Part shown: positions 59,051 to 64,000 of the stretch, in pieces
Numbering within the stretch: the stretch's first letter is position 1
How the letters are laid out: each line of letters begins with the position of its first letter
Notes under the pieces: generated by a model
What the model was told of the DNA's origin: nothing
Database searches by the model: none
The model's input: the letters and a program-made list of their open reading frames with translations, nothing else
Translations under genes and position numbers: made by a program
Source of the DNA: a virus
Lineage: Duplodnaviria; Caudoviricetes
DNA length: 64,000 nucleotides
IMG/VR virus record: IMGVR_UViG_3300042477_000769
Direction: 5' to 3' (one strand)

Positions 59051-62000
59051 ATGACTAAAAGAAGCCCAGTGTCTGCTGAAAAAAATATTTGGTTTGATGC
59101 TCAACAAGTAGATGATACCGACTTAACTGTTGAACAAGACTATAATGATACTATTGATTCAGCCATTATCAACAATCATATTGGTACCGGAGTACTTCCT
59201 GAAGTATTAGTACAAAATGTTATTTTTGATTCCTCATTAGCTACTGGTTTATTAGATGGCGCAGTGATTTCAGTTCAGAATCAACCGAGTGATAATAATT
59301 TAGGAAATCAATTAGAAATTTCTTTAACTGGGTCACAAGTTGGTGGCCGCAAAGCAGTTAAAGTTGCTATCATTGGATTAGATTTTCAAAGTAATCTACA
59401 ATTTGAAACGTTTTATTTTAGAGCTAATGAAATTCAAGTTAGCAGAAAACATTTTACCCAAATTTTAGTTTTACTATTTAATGATTTAAAAGGAAATCCT
59501 AATTTTTCTATGAATCTAGGAGGTCGGTTAGTTATTAAAGAGGCTAAACCTATGACCCTGTCTCGTTCTGCTATGATGGTAGCGCAAGATATTCAGCCCA
59601 ATTTATTTTTTAGAGATTTTTTTACTGGAAATGGCACCGATTCATTAAATAGCTTATTACAAAACGCATTACCATTTTATAATATTGATTCATTAGGAAT
59701 TTATACGGCGGGTATTGATAAAAAAGTATTATTAAATAGTGACGTAACTACTCAAATTGGAGAAAAGTTTCTAGCTACTACCAATAATATTCAAAAAGTT
59801 TCTTTGTTATTATCGGTTAGAAACTTAGAAGTAGGTAGTGAAAATGATTTGGTGTGGAATGGAGACTTAGTAGTTAGCATTTATCCTTTACAATCTGATT
59901 TAGATTGTCCTACTGATATCGCTCCTAGTTTAGCTATTGATTTTGCTCCCTCTAATATTCCATTAGCACAAGTGAGTGTCAATTATACTACTTTAGCTGA
60001 GCAAGGAGTAGTATTAGATTCTGTTCCTCAGCCAGTAGATTTTGTATTTAGCAATAGTCCAATTGCTACCGGCAATGTGTTAAAGCCTAATACTTATTAT
60101 GCGGTAGCGATTAAAAGAAGTGGCTCAGCGAATAAGTGTGATATTTTAATTGAAACGGGCTCTAATTTAATTGCTAATAGCAGAATAACTACTTTTACCG
60201 GAACTTTATGGGTAGATATTCCAGAAGAACAATTATGGTTTAGAGTATGGAATGATGCTGCTAAAGTATCTGATGGTCAAGGTTATGAATCAGGCCATGG
60301 AATTATTATTCCTAAAATTATAGAAGATCAAACTAGTCAAACAAATATTGATTATTCTAAAGAAAATATTCAGTTTGTTGGCAATGATGTTTATCGGGCA
60401 GTAGTTTCAGCAGTTACAGAAGAAAGTACTCCATTACCAGATCAAAGAACAGGCAACTCAGTATTAACTAGACAGCAATTTGTTCCAGAAGTTACTTTAT
60501 TTAATACCCTAGATATTGCTAATTTAGAAGTGACCGCTGAACCATTAATTATTGGATCTATTTCGGATAAAAATAAAAAATTCTTTGATTCTATTTCATC
60601 GTTAATTTCTTCTAAATTATATAGTGCTACTTTTGCCAAAGATGAATTATTAATTAGAATAGTAGATGATCCTACCGACACTACTCGATATGATACTTCG
60701 GTCATTGATTTACAAAGCAAATTGCTAAATGGTGATTTTATTGGCGCTAAATTAATTCCTAATGCCAATAATTCTACTTTATTTTATCGAGTAGCTGATG
60801 CCAAACTATGTACCTATATCTTAGGAGATGTTGATGGTAATGGCGTTATTGATAATAATGATTTAGAGTTATTAAATACTTATGTAGGCACTGATTTAAC
60901 ACAAGGATTACCCTTACAATCTATAGTCACTACTAATGGAACCACCACCACTTTCACTAATGGCTATTTAACTGAGATTCAAGCATTTACTAATTTATTT
61001 GGAGTGACATTTCAGTTAGTAGACGCTACGACTAATGTCGTGGTAGCTAGTGGAACAGATGGCGTATTAATTGCTAACCCTAACGATGCTAGGTTGGCTC
61101 AATTTACTAGCGCGAGCGTTTCTTTTAATAGTGTAGTTGGTATTAGTTCTTATAAATTAGTAGTCTTGATGCCAGGAATTGACTCTGATTATGGTGGATT
61201 TGATATTTCTAGTATTGATGTGCTTACAGATGTTATTACGATTAGAAAAATTATTAGATCAGGCGATGTGCTAGGGCAAATGTTACGTGCAGATGTGGAT
61301 GGAGATTTCCATATCACTAACATTGATGGATATTTATTACAAAGTTATATTGATAAGGTTCCTTTAAGTACTTCTCCAGTTTCTTCATATCCAGCACCGG
61401 CCACGAATCCATATATTAAAATTGGAACCACATTTAACGTATTACGATTCAGATTAGAACAATTTATTGATCGAACAGATGATTATAGTACTTTAATTTC
61501 TGGTCGACCCACTGTGGTTCATCCTGCTCCTGATATCTTTTTAAATGATGGATATTTAGCATTACATAATTTTTCACTATTACCTATTCCAATTACTTTT
61601 CAAAAACAATTGGTGTGGGATGAATCATTAATTGTGTTTAATAGCCACCCTAAAATGGTGCCCAGTGTCTTTACTTCTAATACTGGTTTTATTAAAAATG
61701 AATGTGAAATTAATGGAATTAATTGCAGCGTATATGGATCTAAACCAGATTTTGATCCAGGCAAAGTAGATTACTTTGTGCCAAATAACTTAATTATTGG
61801 TGAAGGTGGAGAAGTTTTTCGTCCAGATGGAAATTTCTATAAAGTAGATTTTGAAGTAGGTACTTTAATTTTAGAAATCCCTGATGGTTTATTTGGAGCG
61901 GAACGTACCATCAATATTTTTGATGATTTCATTTCAGATTATAATGGGGGCGTTACTCGTTTAGGCTTTCCTGCCATGAAATTTGCTGACTGTTCCTATG

Positions 62001-62614
62001 TTAAAGCAGACGCTTTAGTTAAGGATCAAATTAGATTTTCAGTCTCGGTTCAATCATTCTCACCTAATACTAATGGTTTAACTGATGATGGCTATGCTGG
62101 CGTTATTGTGGATGGTAAAATGGGAGTAGCTATTGATTATACTACTGGATTATTAACTTTAAATTTCACTAACTTATATCAAGATGAAGTCTTACCAACC
62201 TTAAGTACTAAAATTCAAGTCCATGTCTTTCTGAAAAAAGGCGGATTTAATAATAAAACTATCTTTGTTGATTCTACTAAAGTACAAAATATATTAAAAC
62301 TAATTAGCGTGTTCAGTGGCGCCAATGATGGCGGACCATCAGCATTAGTTAATATGGAAACTGATATTACCGGAGTATTACCCATTATTCATGGTGGTAT
62401 TGGATTAAATGCTATTGGAGCCAGTGGAACCGTGTTAACTAGTAATGGTTCTGGTTTAAGTTATCAATTCGTGACGGCCAGTAATACTGTTTATACGCCC
62501 ACTACACCTGCACACTGGGCGGGATCGCCTCCTACTACCGTTCAAGCGGCTATTGATCGTATTGCTAAGGCGTATGCCACCGCCGCTCCGCTTGGCAGCC
62601 CAATTCCAGTTTAA
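59051..62614 (+). CDS. Baseplate/fibre-attachment protein with a split dockerin-like pair and a C-terminal fibre motif
   Basis: GDVDGNGVIDNNDLELL and ADVDGDFHITNIDGYLL; GVLPIIHGGIG fibre motif. Confidence 0.6.
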   Translation: MTKRSPVSAEKNIWFDAQQVDDTDLTVEQDYNDTIDSAIINNHIGTGVLPEVLVQNVIFDSSLATGLLDGAVISVQNQPSDNNLGNQLEISLTGSQVGGRKAVKVAIIGLDFQSNLQFETFYFRANEIQVSRKHFTQILVLLFNDLKGNPNFSMNLGGRLVIKEAKPMTLSRSAMMVAQDIQPNLFFRDFFTGNGTDSLNSLLQNALPFYNIDSLGIYTAGIDKKVLLNSDVTTQIGEKFLATTNNIQKVSLLLSVRNLEVGSENDLVWNGDLVVSIYPLQSDLDCPTDIAPSLAIDFAPSNIPLAQVSVNYTTLAEQGVVLDSVPQPVDFVFSNSPIATGNVLKPNTYYAVAIKRSGSANKCDILIETGSNLIANSRITTFTGTLWVDIPEEQLWFRVWNDAAKVSDGQGYESGHGIIIPKIIEDQTSQTNIDYSKENIQFVGNDVYRAVVSAVTEESTPLPDQRTGNSVLTRQQFVPEVTLFNTLDIANLEVTAEPLIIGSISDKNKKFFDSISSLISSKLYSATFAKDELLIRIVDDPTDTTRYDTSVIDLQSKLLNGDFIGAKLIPNANNSTLFYRVADAKLCTYILGDVDGNGVIDNNDLELLNTYVGTDLTQGLPLQSIVTTNGTTTTFTNGYLTEIQAFTNLFGVTFQLVDATTNVVVASGTDGVLIANPNDARLAQFTSASVSFNSVVGISSYKLVVLMPGIDSDYGGFDISSIDVLTDVITIRKIIRSGDVLGQMLRADVDGDFHITNIDGYLLQSYIDKVPLSTSPVSSYPAPATNPYIKIGTTFNVLRFRLEQFIDRTDDYSTLISGRPTVVHPAPDIFLNDGYLALHNFSLLPIPITFQKQLVWDESLIVFNSHPKMVPSVFTSNTGFIKNECEINGINCSVYGSKPDFDPGKVDYFVPNNLIIGEGGEVFRPDGNFYKVDFEVGTLILEIPDGLFGAERTINIFDDFISDYNGGVTRLGFPAMKFADCSYVKADALVKDQIRFSVSVQSFSPNTNGLTDDGYAGVIVDGKMGVAIDYTTGLLTLNFTNLYQDEVLPTLSTKIQVHVFLKKGGFNNKTIFVDSTKVQNILKLISVFSGANDGGPSALVNMETDITGVLPIIHGGIGLNAIGASGTVLTSNGSGLSYQFVTASNTVYTPTTPAHWAGSPPTTVQAAIDRIAKAYATAAPLGSPIPV

Positions 62615-62622
62615 TTAACCTC

Positions 62623-62650
62623 TTGACAGCATTTTTAAAAAATGTATAAT
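62623..62650 (+). promoter_or_regulatory. Consensus sigma70 promoter, leaderless geometry
   Basis: TTGACA(62623)-N16-TATAAT(62645)-N6-ATG(62657). Confidence 0.8.
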
Positions 62651-62656
62651 GGCGGT

Positions 62657-63352
62657 ATGTCATTCAAAAAAATATTTAAATTACCTTCGCCCGTTGAATT
62701 AGGTAAAGCAAAATATAATGCTTTACCTATTCGAAGCTTCGATCCTGATTGCACCGAATATACCTGGGAAGATTGGAACGAAGAAGTTAAAAGTCTTTAT
62801 CCTATTAGATACTTTATTTTTCATACGAGTCGAGATTTTATATTATCTAAATTTATTGGTCCAATTAAAAGAGGATTTTATTGGTTGAAATGCCATCTGC
62901 TGCCTAAACATAAACATCATCTATTAGATTTACGTCAGCCGGTAAATGAGTATTATATTGATCATTATCGATATGGGTTTATCGATACTTCACATAAAAT
63001 GTTGTATGCTCTATTTAATTTATTAAAAGAGCATTTAGATCAAAAGCCATATGATGTATCTCTTGATTTTTCTTTAGAAGAAATCGCTAATGATCCTGCG
63101 ATGCAAGTTCAATTTGATACTTTACAAGAAGCGAAAGCATTAATGTATTGGTGGGAAGTCACACGTAAGGAAAATTATCAAACATATCACAATATGTTAA
63201 AAACTTGGAGTTTCCTACGACAACAAGGAAAGAATAAACAAGACGCTGATTTTTATTTGAATCAAATTCAAATCTTTGAAGACGGTTTACAGAAAACGAC
63301 TGATGAAATGACGTTTCGTCTATTAAGAATTAGAAAAAATTTGTGGGATTGA
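62657..63352 (+). CDS. Hypothetical protein, probably leaderless (start revised from 62642)
   Basis: ATG 62642 overlaps the promoter spacer and -10 box; ATG 62657 sits at the predicted transcription start. Confidence 0.7.
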   Translation: MSFKKIFKLPSPVELGKAKYNALPIRSFDPDCTEYTWEDWNEEVKSLYPIRYFIFHTSRDFILSKFIGPIKRGFYWLKCHLLPKHKHHLLDLRQPVNEYYIDHYRYGFIDTSHKMLYALFNLLKEHLDQKPYDVSLDFSLEEIANDPAMQVQFDTLQEAKALMYWWEVTRKENYQTYHNMLKTWSFLRQQGKNKQDADFYLNQIQIFEDGLQKTTDEMTFRLLRIRKNLWD

Positions 63353-63399
63353 AAATAATTAAAAATTATCGATTCCATTATTTTAAAAAATAATGGCGG

Positions 63400-63427
63400 T
63401 TGACAATCATTTATAAAATTCTACCAT
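63400..63427 (+). promoter_or_regulatory. Sigma70-type promoter
   Basis: TTGACA(63400)-N16-TACCAT(63422), then SD GGAG and ATG 63444. Confidence 0.55.
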
Positions 63428-63443
63428 AGTAGATGGAGAAAAC

Positions 63444-63623
63444 ATGAGCACATTAAATGGCCCTAGTGAGGGCACATGGTCAGTCTTTGCTTTAAAAGTA
63501 GTAGAAGAAAGAGATCGGGCACAACAACAATTACAAGAGGCGAAACAAGAAATTATTCGTCTGAAAAAGATTATTCAACAATTAGAGCAATCATTAACAG
63601 CAGTTTATGGAAAAAATTATTAA
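63444..63623 (+). CDS. 59-aa coiled-coil protein absent from the ORF track (MSTLNGPSEGTW...YGKNY)
   Basis: Hand-translated; SD GGAG; own promoter. Confidence 0.7.
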   Translation: MSTLNGPSEGTWSVFALKVVEERDRAQQQLQEAKQEIIRLKKIIQQLEQSLTAVYGKNY

Positions 63624-63828
63624 AAATAATCTTCGTTCGCTAGAAGAATTTCAACGAGCAGAAGTTATTCTTAAAAGATGTAGAAATTGTTTAGAATCTA
63701 TTGATATTGCTCTTAGAGCAGCATCTCAAGATGCCACGCCAATTGGTGATAACAATAATTGGGGCTCTTTAGGAGATACTGAAGATAAGTTACATCAACT
63801 GTTGATAGAAAATGGAGATAAATCATGA
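63607..63828 (+). CDS. Small hypothetical protein
   Basis: 73 aa; overlaps both neighbours. Confidence 0.55.
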   Translation: MEKIIKNNLRSLEEFQRAEVILKRCRNCLESIDIALRAASQDATPIGDNNNWGSLGDTEDKLHQLLIENGDKS

Positions 63829-64000
63829 CATACGAAGATTTTCAAAAAACAAAATGGCTTTCTATTTATGGCGCTTCAGTAGCCCTACAATGTCATCAAC
63901 AAATTTTAGATGGAAAAGGCAGTGATTTTACAGATAGCATGGAAAATATTAAAGAAGAAGCCGCCGCTATTGCTGATTGGGCGATGGAAGGCGAACAGCT
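63825..64000 (+). CDS. 3'-truncated hypothetical protein (MTYEDFQKTKW...)
   Basis: ATGA overlap, SD GGAG, open to the window end. Confidence 0.6.
   Translation, partial: MTYEDFQKTKWLSIYGASVALQCHQQILDGKGSDFTDSMENIKEEAAAIADWAMEGEQ

Noticed and set aside
175-60768. Short overlapping or antisense ORFs in the track (e.g. 175-387, 3990-4187, 13511-13837, 17705-17935, 24557-24772, 25253-25522, 27575-27871, 30481-30743, 43075-43398, 47653-48036, 60442-60768)
   Set aside because: They lie largely or wholly over well-supported genes, lack SDs and have shadow-frame composition.
26250-62614. Bacterial extracellular contractile injection system or tailocin
   Set aside because: Neck-like genes, a G/GT frameshift, homing-like nucleases and phage-type accessory genes fit a phage. 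No capsid gene is in the window, so this is not formally excluded.
1-64000. Alternative genetic code (stop-codon reassignment), as in some huge phages
   Set aside because: Genes are full length and tightly packed under code 11; TAA, TAG and TGA all serve as stops followed by new starts.
1-64000. CRISPR array, tRNA genes, DGR template/variable repeats, reverse transcriptase, IS elements
   Set aside because: Intergenic space is minimal; no spaced direct repeats, cloverleaves, long near-identical DNA repeats or RT/transposase motifs were seen.

Overview
A low-GC (roughly 30% by eye) segment of a large tailed bacteriophage (jumbo/myovirus-like Caudoviricetes), standard genetic code, almost all on the + strand. 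Layout: (i) 2-8624 glycosylation cluster with three GT-B/GT4 glycosyltransferases (one a TPR-GT-methyltransferase fusion), an FkbM methyltransferase, a cupin, an NDP-hexose C-methyltransferase, an RmlB-type 4,6-dehydratase and a Gfo/Idh/MocA reductase; (ii) 8640-14771 accessory genes (HNH nucleases, cold-shock protein, 2H phosphoesterase, zincin); (iii) 11666-62614 neck, appendage and complete contractile-tail module (sheath, tube, chaperone with a -1 frameshift, tape measure, hub, spike, wedge and very large lectin/dockerin-bearing proteins) interrupted by free-standing homing-endonuclease-like genes; (iv) 62623-64000 small genes behind sigma70-type promoters. No capsid, portal, terminase, tRNA or CRISPR is visible. 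Most striking unexplained signals: the tripeptide DGY occurs about 30 times in predicted outer virion proteins but not in the glycan enzymes or the inner tail core, a candidate sequon for the neighbouring glycosylation machinery; sharply GC3-rich patches in conserved genes next to endonuclease genes; a geometrically ideal H-type pseudoknot in front of the cold-shock gene; and three leaderless sigma70-type transcription units. All counts are hand counts and all family assignments come from motifs, not database searches.
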